Positions 38,330 through 53,230 of a stretch of 64,000 nucleotides of DNA are shown piece after piece. The stretch's first letter is position 1; each line of letters begins with the position of its first letter. The notes beneath the pieces were generated by a model. That model worked only from the letters and a program-made list of their open reading frames with translations, did not search any database and was not told the origin of the DNA. The position numbers and the translations under genes are program-made. Origin of the DNA: Octopus sinensis (lineage: Eukaryota); the NCBI RefSeq assembly GCF_006345805.1, contig NC_042997.1, positions 187,860,001 through 187,924,000 of the forward strand, given 5' to 3'.

Positions 38330-39580
38330 CTCAACACTAAATGAATAAACAGAATTTCTGGACCTATTACAGTTACAAGAAAAAAATGTAGACGTAAGAT
38401 ATTTGTAAAACTCAACAATATTTCTTTACATGAGATAATCCAAAAGATGGGAAAGAGAAAAATTCTAGATCTCTGCTTAAGAAAAAATGAAAAGCAAATT
38501 AAAATATTCCTTCATGTCAAGTAGTACAACAACCAGAGGTTGTCAACTGATAAGACATAAAAATATGGCACTATTTACTAAAACTTTTAAAACTGAAAAC
38601 AGCCAAATACAGGCTGAAATTGCCAGACAGCTCTGACTTATACACTTGTGCTCCATTACATGGGTCAAAGAAACAGAAGAGTCACAGTGAGAGACACTGG
38701 AGACAGAAACATGGCTAGTAGTAACTTTTGTATTGTCGTATAGAAAAGTACCAAAACAGGCTTAATGAAAGACGGCCTGTGCTCAGGGAACATCAAAATG
38801 AACTTGAAAATCTTACCCAAAGGCAACAAAGCAATAGTAGAATAGTGTCCAGTAAAAAGGACATAAGCTTGATGATACAGAATAGAAAGCTTAGTTATAT
38901 TTGTTGGAGTAAAACACATCTTAGAGCCCTGAAAAACTAGGAAGATTAAGCAAAAACAAGGTAAACAAAAGTAATGAAAATCAACGAATGACCCAACCTG
39001 TTTCCATAGTACTACCATCCAAAACTATGGGGATACAAAAGAAATATCTCATCCCCTAAGAGAACAAACCAACAGTACTACATCTGCATTATACAATGAG
39101 GAAGAAATAATTATAGAAGAAAAATATGAAGGGTGAAAAGAGGGAGGGAAAAAGACAACATAAAACACCAAAAAAAGGTAAAGAGAAACAATTTCTTTTA
39201 AATAACAATGAAATCTCATCTAAAAAAAATAGCAGAAAAAATGCAGATGACAAAGACAAACTAAGATTTACTGTTCTTTGAAAATGAAACAGTTAATAGA
39301 CAAAATTACACATCTCTTGTACCAATGACTCTGAAGAAGTTAGAATGACACAAAATCAGGTTCAGAATATAACCAACAGAATAAAGATGGACTGCTAATA
39401 AAATTAAAATTAAGATATGCTGAACTTAAAAAAGAATACCTTGAAGATGTTGGTATTTTTCAACATCAAATACCTCATAAAATGCTTAACAGTGCATTTA
39501 GTTACACACAAATACAATTTGAAAAATAAAGTGAACGAAATCATGGAGTACACAACCCACCTTAACCAGAAAAATCTTTC
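38330..39580 (+). pseudogene. very old LINE remnant (CR1/L2-like, unresolved)
   Basis: A-rich strand bias and only faint endonuclease/linker-like traces. Confidence 0.3.
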
Positions 39581-39631
39581 ATGTCATTTTATCCATTCCT
39601 ATGCAAATATGTGTATGTGAGTATGCATACA

Positions 39632-39775
39632 TATCATCATCATCATTTAATGTACACTTTCCATGCTGGCATGAGTTGGATGGTTTGACAGAAGCTGACC
39701 AGCTGAAGAGCTGTTCAGGCTCCATGTTTGTTTTGGTATGGTTTCTATGGCTGGATGCCTTTCCTAATGCCAATA
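39632..39775 (-). mobile_element. RTE 3' tail fragment
   Basis: CATCATCATTTAATGTACACTTTCCATGCTGGCATG ... GGCTGGATGCCTTTCCTAATGCCAA. Confidence 0.8.
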
Positions 39776-40645
39776 TATGTATATTTATGCATGTGTATAC
39801 ATATATGGATATGTGTGTATGCATGTGTGTGTGTGCATGCACATGTACATGCGTGTGTGTGTGCATGTGTGTGTGCACCTTTTAAATTCTTAATACATCC
39901 TTCCATATATTGTATAGCATCTCTTGCCCCTTCCTTTTGTAATTTGTAAAAGTATTTTCTTTTTTTACATCCCTTGTTATCTTTTCTTTGTAATTTCTAG
40001 TGAAAGTTAAAAATTTTTTTATGTTCCTTCAAACCCTTGTAATTAAAAGATTGTTATCATTATCATTATTGAGTGAAAGAACAGCACATACCATCAAAGT
40101 GACACTGAGGTACAACTAAATGAAACCCCAATATACCCATCATGACTACATGTCTGATAAGGGCACATCAGGCACATGCACCACAACCATGTGCGCAACA
40201 TGGTGATCTCATATCAAGATAAACAGCACATGACCTTGCAGGTGGAGCCCAATTAGAATTTTCTTTAGGTCAAGTAGCCCATCCCACACAAAAGGCCCCT
40301 GAATAAAGGTTGTTTAAGGATGAGGAACAAAACGCCCATGTTTCCAGAGGTGAATTATTTAAACCCCAATGAATTCCTTTCAATAGATGGCTATGATGCT
40401 TCCCAACTACGCCTGCTCATGATCAGAGATGCACATATTATCAGCCACTAAGGGACATGCTCAACTAGTGAAAGTCAAGTAACTGACAAGAAAATCTCTG
40501 GTATTGAGCAAAATATTTGCTGTAGCCTATCTTTTACACCAAGGCAAAATATGTACATGTTAACACTTCCAATCAGTTAAGATCAGAAGCCATGAGAGCC
40601 ATCGTCTAGTTCTGCGTATCATTATTATAAAAGAAATCATGAATA

Positions 40646-41147
40646 TTAGGTTGAGGAAAAAGTATGTGTGCCAAACTTGTGCAAATGGTTGCACCATCAA
40701 CACTGAACTTTACTGCAAGCAACTTGATCGAGTCTATGATGCGCTTGTTGAAAACACACTTTGTTTCAACATGACAATGCAAAGCCACATATCACCTTAA
40801 ACACCAGCAACAAGATTGAAGAATTGGGTGGTGTGGAAGTTCTGCTGCATCCAGCCTATAGTCCAGATGTTGCTCCATCTGACTACTGTCTCTTCTGATC
40901 AATGCAGTACTTTATGGAAGGTCACCAATTTAAGTTATTTGATGAAGTTGAAGAAGCCTGTTAAGAATTTTTCGATTCAAAGTTGAAGGATTGGTACTTT
41001 CACCAAATCCGAAAGCTTGCAGATTGTTGGCAGAAGGTTGTGGAAAATGATGGTCTGTATTTTGAAGAATAGTTGTTGTTTTTTAATAAATTCTTGCATA
41101 ATAAATCATTATTTTAACATGGTGCGCAAACTTTTTCCTCGTCCTAG
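40646..41147 (+). mobile_element. internally deleted mariner
   Basis: TIRs TTAGGTTGAGGAAAAAGTATGTG / CGCAAACTTTTTCCTCGTCCTAG, TA TSD, motifs HDNAKPH and HPAYSPDVAPSDY. Confidence 0.88.
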
Positions 41148-42519
41148 TATTATTATTATTAAGGTAATAAGATGGCAGTATTGATAGCATGTTGGACAAA
41201 ATGCTGTCTTCTTTATTATTTTCACAATGCCTGTCACAATCCTGTTGTCAGGGTTCACTTCAACTGCAAAATAAATACTACAATTTTTAATCTATTTTAT
41301 GCACTTTTTCTTGATTGCAATGACATCAAGATAGTTAATATGCTTTACCATAACTATTTCAGATTTTTAGTAATCTTGTGTAATGACTGATTTTAAATCA
41401 TTTGTATTGTGTTCTGTAGAGAAATTTGAATAATGCTCTCTATGTGATTTTTGATATTCAAGTAGGTGTAGTTCCTAGTTATGCTAGTACCCATAATTTA
41501 TGCATTCATATTGTCAATAACTATTTATGCCATATATTAGAGAGGTAGTATTTATCTCTAATCTTCTTCAACGCTTTTCTTGCTAGGTGCCTAACAGTTA
41601 ACTATTTGTATTATAAGAATTTTTTTAGTTGTCTTCTGCATAAACCAAGCTTCTGTCATAGTTACTTTGGTAATAGAATATGTAATTTATAAGAATATGT
41701 AAGATAGACTATTTATATAATTACTTTCTCAGTTGCAGTATTATTGCAAACATAATGTAAGAGATATATCTTTTGATAAAATTAAACAGTTAAGCAATTT
41801 TAATAGTGTCTCATATGCTGTACGTGAAGAAAATGAAAGCTGGAAGTCATTTTGTTTTTTTCCTTCCACCAATTCTACTTCAAAAACTTAGTCAAATGGC
41901 AGCACTTCAATCCACTGCAAACATATTATTGTCATTATAAAATAAAACCAAAGTTTATGTGGAAGATACAGCTACTGCAATAAGTATACCTCATATTTAC
42001 AGAAATCTCTCTTTGGATTATCTAAAACCTATTAGTGATGAGCTGACGGCCTGCATAAGAATAAACACTCTTAAAGACCTTTGAAAGATAGTTGGTAACT
42101 TTTCACCTGCCATATTAAATATAACTAGTGAAAATAATGTAAATCAGTAGCCATATTCTTCATCTCCAGTTCACTTCTATTTCCACATTATTATAGTTTA
42201 GATAATTAGGAGCCAACTACCATTTATATACCTTTTTATTTGTTTCAGTCATTAGACTGCAGTCATGCTGGGGCACCACCTTGAATATATATTTTTTATT
42301 TATCTTTTCATTATTCACAATCAAAGGTATACACCAATTGTCTACTGTTGGTATACACACAAATATATATATTATCATACTTTGTCTCGGCCTGTTACCA
42401 TTTTTTAAAACATACCCGTTAGCTTTTCATTCTTATTTTTATGTTACAGTTTTACTGCACATATAGACATGCATACACGTTGATATGTCTCTCTTACTAT
42501 TATTATTATTATTACTGTT

Positions 42520-42892
42520 ATTTTTCCCCAGTTTAAAACTTGCTTGCAAATATCCGATTTTTTCCCTATATTATGACGACCCTAACCCTAAAACCCTAAC
42601 CCTAACACTTTAAAGCTAAAACCAGTACTAACACATGAACGATATCAAAAATAACAGTGACAAAAGAAAAATATACTGCCAATAGTTGTTGTTGACAAAC
42701 AACGGCAATAATTTTATTTAGCTGAATACACGTAATTGATTGGTTGAAATTACCGAAATACTACAACTTTAACATGAAATATCTTCCTAAATATAAGTTT
42801 TTCTGAAAAATGCTAAGAGTAAAAGATGTTTTATGACACATTCTACCAGTATCCGAAGTTTGAAAGTGTTTAGTTACAAAAAATTATTATCA
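42520..42892 (-). mobile_element. MITE-related fragment with (CCCTAA)n
   Basis: 42810-42877 is reverse-complement similar to 3324-3390; both carry CCCTAACCCTAA. Confidence 0.65.
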
Positions 42893-43876
42893 GATTCACA
42901 TTGATTTTCTAGTAAAAAAAAAGAAAAGAAAAGCATAATCATGTTGACTTTATATATAAAAGATGCACTTTTACAACCAATGCTGTAAATGCTCAAAAGT
43001 CACTCTTTTTGAAAAGTAAACAGAAGTAGAATTATTTATTTGAAAGTTTTCAGATGAGAAATTTATGGAGATGTATGTCTGTCCTATGTCAGGATTTAAA
43101 CCAGATTAACACAGTGAAATATATATTACAATATGTAACACAAAATCTCCAATATTCAAAGTTAGAAATCCAAAGACTGTTAGGAAAAAACAATGCATGA
43201 TAAAAGAAATTAGAGATGTTTTTATAATCCATGAATAACTAAAATGAATAAATATAGAATTTGAAATAGGTTATTATTAAAGGATACTGTTTTCATTTCT
43301 CAACTGTTATTAGTAGCACATAGTTAACTTATTAAACTAGTATTGTTGAAAATGAAATATCTATTATTTAGAAATGTAAACAAAAATAGGATTACTTATT
43401 CAAAAGTTTTTAGAAGAGAAATTAACAAATGAAAATATACATCTATCTGACAATGATAATTAAACAAGATCAAAACAACCAAATATATATACAAGATATA
43501 ATGACATATATGGAATATCCAATGTTCCAAACTAAGAAATTTGAAGATTTAAGACAAATAAAAAGATAAAAGTTACAGGGTGGATTGTGTTTTGCTTATT
43601 TTGAAGTATTTATATATTTCAGTAAAGGAAGAAATAAATTATTTTTGCATTCCTAATTATTGCTGGTTTCATTTTTAATTATGCCATTTTCATCAAATAT
43701 ATCACATCTTATATACACACACTGACTTTTTTTTTTTAGTCGGTGCATATTCATAGACAAGATCTATTTTTACTGGCATTTTATAATAAAAAAAAATAGC
43801 AGTGGAAATTAACATGAGTGTGTTAATGCGCATACAGTATTCAACTCTCAAAAACAGTGTACATGTATGTGCGTGA

Positions 43877-43898
43877 GCACACACACACACACACACAC

Positions 43899-43932
<34 letters not shown>
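43877..43932. repeat. (CA)n microsatellite
   Basis: Direct reading. Confidence 0.97.
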
Positions 43933-43933
<1 letters not shown>

Positions 43934-45398
43934 TTTCACCTTTTATAAAAAGCAAAGCAAACCTTTAGCCACTAGCACAGTTCCAGTAAGTCAAAATCCA
44001 GAGTTCAGCTTACATCTAATGCTCACTCTTATTTAATTTGCCTAGCTTTTCAACTTCTAGAACATGACTAACTCAACCCAACACAATCTTTACTTTTATG
44101 AACTCACTTTCAGCTTAAATATTTATCATTCAACAAAGTAGTTTATTTTACACAATGATCTTAATTTTCTCATCAATAATTTCATTGCAAATAGCTCACA
44201 GTAACAAATTCTTTCAACTTGGATGTACTTCAGGACTTGATTAATTTCTTCCATTTTCTTTCTTATCAACGTGGCCTAATTGCAGCAAACTCTAGAAACA
44301 AAGACCCTAAATATTTGACAGTAGTTTAAAATTCTCTTTACTTTTACATTTATAATTAATCAACATTCATGCTATTCATGAACACTCTTAATAAACAGAA
44401 ACCTCAAAAGCATCTTCCTATTCAATTAACAATACTGTATCAGTCAACAAAACCAAAACATAAACATGATATATTTCAAAAGAACATTCCCAAAACTACT
44501 AACTCTCTAGAAAGTTCACCTGGCAGCAGAATACTAGTCTCATATCTTAGACTGAAAACCCATTGTCACATGTTTACTATGCACTGTATCTGGAATAAGT
44601 CACTTAGTGAATACACTACAGTATCTACCCTGCTGTCAAACAATATCCTCCCAATAACATTCTTAAAGTTGATAATAATTTAGATTTCATATCATTCCTC
44701 ATTATCTTTGTACTTTCCCACTTCTCATATTTTGCTACAAAGAAGACAGTGAACCAGAGTCAATGTCATTACAAATAACAAATTCTTTCTTGTACTAATG
44801 GGGCCATATACTGTGATATAACCCTATGGGCTGATATGTATTTTACTATATTCACTGCTATTTTGCGTCACACCTGATTTTGAAAATCAATAGACATTAC
44901 AATACATCTTACCTTGATTGATGTACAAGATGCTATCCCAAAGCCTCTTTCAATTCATTCTTAGAGATCATATAAATGCTTCCTCTGTCTTTGAAAAAGT
45001 ATATCAAGTTTCTCCTGACTGATCTCAGATAAATTCCTCAAGTAAGGAAACAGTCCCTCATGACACACTGTCATCACACTTGTCTTTTTGATGGGGCCTT
45101 ATTTATATCTATTTATATCATTTGCAAAGCTGAAAGTTGTAACTGCTAAGCAAATCATCAAAATTGTTCCAAATGGGAACAAAAAACCTCATAAACATCA
45201 TTATTTTTTGTTTCAAAATGTTTGTGCTGTTTTAACAACATTTACATCTTTTTTTGTCTTATTTTTCATTTTGTGCAGCTGTCAGTGTTTTTATTTGAGG
45301 GAATATTTGTATATTAACAGTTATCCAATATAAAAAAAAAAACAAGAGTAATCTGGAAATGAGAGCATTATGAAACATGTCTTGTCATAGAAAAAGTC

Positions 45399-45626
45399 AA
45401 TAATAATAATAATCCTTTCTATAATAGGCACAATACCTGAAATTTTAGGGGATGGAGCTAGTTGATTATATCAACCCCAGAGGTTGGCTGGTATATAATA
45501 CATCAACCCAAAAGAATGAAAGGCAAAGTTGACCTCTGAGAATTTGAACGTAAATATTTAAAGGCATTTTGTCTTTACCAATTAAGCAGTTTGGCTGGCA
45601 TGCTAACAATTCTACGAGCTCACTAC

Positions 45627-45627
<1 letters not shown>
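45399..45627 (-). mobile_element. SINE family B between (TAA)n tracts
   Basis: Family B tail and core in reverse. Confidence 0.8.
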
Positions 45628-45673
<46 letters not shown>

Positions 45674-45749
45674 TAAATCATGTTAACTAGAACGACTCAT
45701 GTACTGAGAAGAGCATTATTGCTGTGAAAACAACATCCATTCATGAATT

Positions 45750-45904
45750 TATTTATTTATCAATTTTTTTAAATACATATTTTACCTGTGAATTTGCATG
45801 TGTAATCTGGGAATGCATACAATGAGCTTCCCTGCCATAGGTGTACGGAAAATACTCGGCGAGAAACGGAAGAAAATTGGAAGAAAGAAGGAAATAATAA
45901 TAAC

Positions 45905-45944
<40 letters not shown>

Positions 45945-46176
45945 GGGCACTTTGAACACTAACAACCAGGTTTGAGAAATGTGTCAGAGAAACTGGAATT
46001 GACATGAGGGTAGAACATTTTCAAAAAACTGACAATGAGGATTTTTGAAATTAGCACTTAGGTGTTAAGCACCGGGGAAAGAGATCCTGTGAGACTTTTG
46101 ACAACAGGTTACTGTCTGCTCTTACAGAATTAACATGAACAAGTAAAATGAGAGCTCTGAGAAGTAAAATAATAAT
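45750..46176 (+). mobile_element. two short R4/Dong-like 3' ends separated by (TAA)n
   Basis: 45810-45895 resembles the 3' UTR at 48000-48090; 45944-46176 begins with a GAL-T/QKT-like RLE C-terminal trace and ends in TAATAAT. Confidence 0.55.
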
Positions 46177-46189
46177 TTAAAACTTTCTG

Positions 46190-48092
46190 AAGCATAATAT
46201 GTCATTGTGGAACACAAATTTCCAATTATATCATTCTAATGGAGTACTAGCTTCAAACAATATTAGCATCAACTGTGTCATTTACCAAAGTGACTCACTT
46301 TCACCTCTAATTTTTGGCATAACTCTAATACCCCTTACAAGTGAACTGAACAGAACAGAGTATGGGTATAAAATTGACAATAAGAAAATAAGTCATCTGT
46401 TTTATATGGATGACTTTAAAAAATCTATGACAAAGACAATGATGAACATGAAGGCATATTACATACTGTGAAAGCATTCAGTGACAACATCAGAATGAAG
46501 TTTGGTTTTGATAAGTATGCCAAGGCCACTTTCCAAAAAAGGAAACTGAAAACCTCAAATTCAGTCATGTTAGATGTTAACACAGTTATAAAAGAAATTG
46601 AGCAGGAACAAACCTATAAACACCTAGAATAAATGAAAGAGAAGATCAGGAAGGAAGATTATGGGAGAGCTCTAGCAGTTCTGAAATCTGAGCTAAGTGC
46701 ACATAACAAGTTGTTGACCGTAGATTTCTTAGCAGTTCCAGTTGTTACTTATAGCTTCAATGTATATTATATCAGTGAAATAATGAAAATTGATAGAATA
46801 AAAGTGAAATAAAATTGAAAGAAAAATTTGTAAGCTGCTGACTGTATTAAGATGCACCACTAAAAGGTATGTTTACCTTCTCAGAGCCCAAGGAAGTTGA
46901 GGCTTGATCCAGTTTGAATTTTACGACAAAAACACCACAATTGAACTGGCCAAATATCTTGAAACAACTAATGATTAGATGCTAAAATTCATTGAAAGTC
47001 ACAAGAAGTGTAAAGAAGCTTCACTCTGTCTTAAAGGAAAGCAAAAAATTTTCTACTGATTTCATGAACAATGCCCAGGCTGAACAGCCTGAAGGAAGTG
47101 TGGAAACTGTTATTGTAAAGAAAGTAAAATTACTGGCAATGAAAAGAACACATGAACAATTGGCTGGTATGTGAGAGTAGAAACCTCTGCATAGCAAATA
47201 TGTGGCCTAAAACAAACAAGCTGATGTTGACCAGAAGCACACCCATCAGTGGCTACAAAGCTCAGGACTAAAGGTAGAGAGCAAAGGCTTCATCTTAGCT
47301 ACTCATGATTAAAGCTTATTGTGATGAAAAATGGAGTAGATCCAAAGTGCCAATTCTGCAATGGTGAGATTGAAACAGTGGAGGACCACTTAATCTCTGG
47401 ATGTGAAGTTTTAGCACCAGCAAAGTATAAATCAAGACATGACAGAGTTAGCCAATATTTACACTGGTTAATAAATTGGCATTATAAAATCAAAACTGTT
47501 GACAAATAGTATAAGCATCACCTTGGGGCTGTAACTGAAGGAGGAAATGTAATGATCCTTTGAGACTTTCCCATACATACAGACAGAACCATCAAAGCTA
47601 ACAAACTGGATATTGTTGTAAAATAATAAGTTTGTTTATTGATTGAAATGAGTATCCTTTGCGATCATAATATTTCAGCAAAAAAATTTGACAAGCTCAA
47701 AACATATAAAGTTTTGCTCACCGAAACTGAAAAAATGTGGCATCTCAAGGCAATTACAATACCAGTGATTGTCAGACCTCTAGGAATGATTAAAAAAAAG
47801 CATCAAAATATCATTTGAGAATCAGTCCTTAACATCCTTGCAAGGAGTGCAAAAGATTGTTTTAACTGGTACATCACACATGCTGTGAAGACTATTGTCA
47901 TTGTGAGAATGATTACCAGCCATGAAAATGATATTTTTCTACATAACTTTATTTGATTTTGTAAATGGACAATCTGATATTTTTATTTTAATGGCCTATC
48001 AATGTATGCAGCGAGTTTCTTTGCCCTAGATGTCAAGAAGACACCCTGCAAGAAATGGAAACAAAACTGAAAGAAAAAGAATAAAAAATAAT
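46190..48092 (+). mobile_element. R4/Dong-clade non-LTR retrotransposon, 5'-truncated, decayed
   Basis: YQSDSLSPLIF..ISHLFYMDD (RT), CQFC..EDHLISGC (CCHC), RHD, and TIKANKLDIVV (RLE PD-like motif). Confidence 0.85.
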
Positions 48093-48325
48093 AGTTTCAA
48101 ATTTTGGCACAAGGCCAGCAATTTTAGGGAAGGGATAAGATGGTTACATCCACCTCAGTATTCAACTGGTATTTATTTTATCAACCCCAAAGGGATGAAA
48201 GGCAATATCAACCTTGAAGGAATTTGAACTCAGTACATGATGATGAATAAAATGCCACTAAGTATTTTTGACCAGCATGCTAACAATTCTGCCAGCTCAC
48301 CACCTACATAATAATAATAATAATA
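48090..48325 (-). mobile_element. SINE family B followed by (TAA)n
   Basis: TTTCAAATTTTGGCACAAGGCCAGC ... AACAATTCTGCCAGCTCACCACC. Confidence 0.82.
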
Positions 48326-48399
48326 AAAAGGTTGGCCAGCAACAAGAAAACTCAACAGCAAATTAGGAAGTGAGAACACCAACAAGTCTTGTGATGGAT

Positions 48400-50250
48400 G
48401 AAAGCATCTTCTTTTCTGAAGATTGTCTTGCATAAGATGAAATTTGGTTTGAAGTTGCAAATTGATTTTACTTCATCAGATCTTCAAATAAAACTAAATT
48501 CTCTTTTCCATAGACAAAATCCTTTAAAATAGTGCCTTGAATAAAAGTGAGTTTAATCTGGATGAGTGCTCTTCAGATCCTTTCACAATGATCAAAAGAA
48601 CTTTTGGCCTTCTTACTTTAGTACCTAAGGTTACTTTCCAGACATAGAATGTAAAAACAAAGTTGTCACTCTTCGTTCAAATATTTGATGTTTTTTATAA
48701 AAGAGATTTTCTTGTTGAGTCTTCTTCATCTTGAGGAACACTATTTCAACAGAAAAATGTAAATGTATTGAAACTGTCTTCAGCTAATCAAATTGAAGTA
48801 GCTTTGATAGAAAATTCAGCTGACTAAACTGGTTTAGTGTGATGGTTAATCATATATTATTCACTGGTTGTTTACAATGTATGATAAATTGCACATGTAG
48901 ACAATGATTATACTAAAATTTGAGTTTTCAAATATTTCATTTACTAGCATCAATATATTTACAAATGCACATTCAAAAAATTAACGGAGCAACATTCAAT
49001 GGATGTAACAGTTAGGGATCTTCAGTATATATAACTTGCTGGATAATGTTATGAAGTAGTGCAAGTAATTTAAGTCAATGCATATAATTTAAGTGCTTTA
49101 CTCAACACTACAACTTAAGGTTGGTACCTTTTGTTGAGTACAGCATAGACATGTTACATAAGAAAAATGAAAGAGCGGGGGAGACTGACCATCTTGCTGT
49201 AAAAAATAAGAGATTCCTCTAGGCAGCTTAGTAGCTCTCTAAAATGATATTGAATTTGTCTGATTTTATAGCTGTAAGTCAGCTTCTAGAATCTTCAGCC
49301 AAACTGGTTGGTGGGAAAATTCACTGAGCTACTTCGAAGTTTATTACATCACCAATAAGTCAGCCAGTATTGATTGGTTGAGTCATATTCATGTATGCAT
49401 TAATACCTTTTAGGGCAACACTTTTCCTTTTACTGAGATGCATTCATTTGTGATTCTTGATTAGGAAAAACTGACAGCTATGGTTCAAATCTTTGCCAGG
49501 GTTTCACTACACAAGTGAAGAAATATGAGGTCATTGTTTAATGTATTCACTTCAACTGGAAATTCCTCAATGAGAGGATCATCATCTAAGATAGTAATTT
49601 AGGTACCTGTGTGAATAATATAAGTTTATTGATTTGTAAATAATGCCAGCAATATCAATAAAATTGTTTCACAATAAATAACTAAATGCATTTAAAACAG
49701 CTGGATTTCTCTTGTCAAACAATTCCAACAATTTTGATTTGATATCATAAATTTAAATCATAATACTTGCTTATCCAGCAAGTATAGCCAAACTAACCAA
49801 GTGTTACGGTTGAACATGTCAGATTTAAAGATGGGATAATGCTTTGCTCTATTACTCTAAAATTCTGCTTAAAGAAAATTTGTCAGCATCAATAGAGTTT
49901 TATATCCTTCTGGTGTTGATTTATGGATTAGATATACTTTGAATGGACAAGTGGGCTGTTTCTGGCATATTGAGTTCATGAATCATCATCATCAAATATT
50001 AGAGTAACCCAATAGCAATATCAACAGGACAGGGTTGGTAACTACCCATTCAATACATCAAATCACTTGAGCAATAATTGCTAAAATAGTTAACTTTTGT
50101 TGAGTGTAAGATACCTTTCATCAGTTGTATGATATTTTTTAGCAAGGATTGATAAACTTATTTTTCTATCCTTCATTAAATCCTCTTTCCATTGAGTGCT
50201 TTCTTCTGAAACTCTTTCATGATTCTAGTATTGATTCTATGCTGCATTGC
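48400..50250 (-). pseudogene. very old LINE RT remnant
   Basis: Faint RT-like traces around 49400-49530; clade not resolvable. Confidence 0.3.
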
Positions 50251-50399
50251 AGGCATCATATGCTTATAAATTTATCACTCTTTCTTTCCTTCTATTTTTC
50301 TCTCTGTATTTATATATTACATCTGAGTTATATTTAAGTGTTAATGATTGTGTACTAGCACTAAGAGTTTAACCAGTATGATGAAAAAGACAAGGTCTT

Positions 50400-53230
50400 G
50401 AAAATGGCATCAATATTGATATTACTCCATCCATTACAATTTTCTCAATAGAACACAGCCAGTCACTTGTACCTCTCTAACTTCCTCTCCTTCCTTCTAT
50501 TGAACTCTCCAAAGCTTTCTCAATGATAACATCATCAAAGAACAGACAGATCAATGTCTGGAAAAAAAAACAAGCTAAAATATTTCCATTTATTTATTTA
50601 TTGTAAATGGAGATTGAAAGAAAATATCAAAAGTTAACAGAAAGAGGTTGAAGTAAAACTGTAAGAATATAGAGTGTCTATAAAAAGGTAACTGAATAAA
50701 GTTATTAAAATGTAGTATGCATAAAAAGATGGCTGGATGAAGACATTAAAATGTAGTGTATATAAAATAAGACATTAGAATATAGAAAGCCAAAGAAGGA
50801 GTTGAAGTAAAAATAGATGAAAATGTATGTATAAAAGTGTAGCATAAGAAATATTCCACTGGAAGGAAAAGCATGTATAAAAGAACATTTGAAGATATGG
50901 AAATAGAAGTAGGAAAACCTCATCAGAATTCCATTTTCTAAGTCAAGTAAAATTGTTTTCAAAATGGATGATGGGTGGAGGTGGGGGATATTTTACCACT
51001 AAAACAACAATATGCTCCAACAGTTCAATTCTGATTGCCCTCAGAGAACTGTCATCTCTTGTATTTTTCAGTTACCTCCAATTCTTTTTTCTCATCCACT
51101 AACAACATAACATTCAACATCTAGCATTTTCTCTTCAAACTTTGTTTGATATAAGCCTTTTATTAATAGGATCCCTTTTGGCATCAATAATGATCAAAGG
51201 ATAAAAGGAATTTTAGTATCGCATAAACACAAACTATGCAATCCTTTATTGCAGAAGCTTTCACCAACATCTTCCAAATGAAGAACTTTTCAATATTACT
51301 AGTTAAACATCTCTTTCAAATACCCTGAAATACTATATTCCCCAGATGACTTCAAAAAGATAAAGCTTCATTTTCAATTTCAGTCTCTTTACAAAATATA
51401 AATTTATTGAGTGTATATACCCAAATCTAGAGCATTACTGTGGAGTGTGGTCATTAGCATCCAAGACCAGTTTCAGAAGGCTATCCAACAGACTGATAAA
51501 TGTTTTACAGACTCTAACACCTGACCTATTTGGCTTTGCTTCTGTTATTATCATTTCCAAATATCTACTTTTTGTAAGTAACATCTTATACCTGTCTAAT
51601 ATACCTTGCAATGCATGTATTGTGATTCACACTACATGCAAGCTTTTCTATCATTCAAACTGCAGTAGAACCTTTAGATCCCTTGCAACAAAGTTCTTTA
51701 CTAAACTTGTGTAATTATCCTATCGACCCTTTTGCAACTAAGATGGCTCTACTATCAGTACTCCTGAGAAAAAAGCCTCTACATTTATTAACTGCTTCTC
51801 AATCCTTCTAACAGCAACCTCTCTGACTTTGTGAACTACCAAACTACTACCCTCACTTTCAAAATTCCAAAAATGATGGAAATAGATGCTAACAATCAGG
51901 TAGTTCATTTCCTTGAACTTCCCTCCCTTATTTAATGACCACAGTATGGATTTTGTAGAGCCAGATCAACCAAAAATTTGTTTTCCTATGTCACTCATTA
52001 TTCATTCCTCAGCCTTCAGAATTTTGGTAAAAATAGTGCTGTTACATGTAACATCATCAAAGCTGTTGACTATGTCTAGTATGCGAAACATCTAGTTAAG
52101 TTGCCTGGGGATTATGATCCCAGCCTACCTCTTATTTCTTAATTTGTAAGATTCTTGAGCGGGCAGTTTCTGCACCATTACCACTCAATCTTATCTTGTA
52201 CCAACCATGTCCATTATTACTAACTTATTCTTGCTCTACATTAATGAAATTATTGATGTCATTTCTAACAATATACACTCCTATCAGATGATACTATTTT
52301 TGCTCCTTAACTTTCTTCATACAGATTTCATGAATATATGATAGAAACACTTGGCAACAGGTACATACTGAGTATGGACAGAGATCTTGAGAATACTGCT
52401 GAATGGGAAATTAGTAACTCATCTCTTTCACCAGCACAGACAATCATTACATGCCTCAAGAAAATAAACCTGTACTTCTTGTAAGTTAATTAGCAAACCC
52501 TGAAAAGCACCTAGTACACATTGTAAAGTGATTGGCATTAGGAAGGGTATCCAGTCATAGAAAACATATCAAAACTGACATTGGAGCTCATTGCAGTCTT
52601 GCAGCTCACCAGATCCTGTCAAACCATCCAACCTATGCTAGCATGGAAAACAAAAGCTAAATGATGATGATGATTCACCTCCAGCCATGAACAGCTCAGC
52701 TAAAATCCTCAAAGTCACTACAATGCTTAACCCCTCAATCTCTGATGATATCTTATGGTGATCCCACATTTATTAACTGTGCTCAAACTGCATTACAAAG
52801 ACAAAGATTGTTTTTTAAATCCTCAAAGTAACTGAGCAGTTGTTAACAGTAAAGGTCAAATAAGATACACACCAGACTATTGCTTGCATAAATGGGACAA
52901 TGCTACTGCTACATATACATCTTGGATTGCATCTAAAAAAATAACATTTGATTGATTGGCAAAGATTCAATCCTAACACACTTCAATAACTAACTTCTAG
53001 ACATGAAGCTTTCTCTGCTTCTTCACTCAACATAATAGCCTAGATGCCTAATCTCTCCACCCAGGCAATTTATCTCTCCTCTATCCATCATCCTTACTGT
53101 GACTCACCTCCCAGACATCACACAATAACTTCAAGCAGTCCTTCTTCCCCAGAATTATGTTAATCTCTCCTGCACATATTTCCCCTACAGATATAGATAT
53201 ATAAAAGTTTAAACTAACCATTATACAAAG
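50400..53230 (+). pseudogene. old CR1/L2/Jockey-like LINE remnant, interrupted by an RTE tail at 52495-52675
   Basis: LFLLYIN..(S)DDT trace at 52225-52300 and C-rich 3' region; RTE motif TTGGCATTAGGAAGGGTATCCAG with (TGA)n. Confidence 0.45.

Noticed and set aside
40070-40620. GC-richer block in an ATT-rich site, possibly another retroelement end with a ribozyme
   Set aside because: Single copy in the window; no HHR or HDV fold could be established by eye
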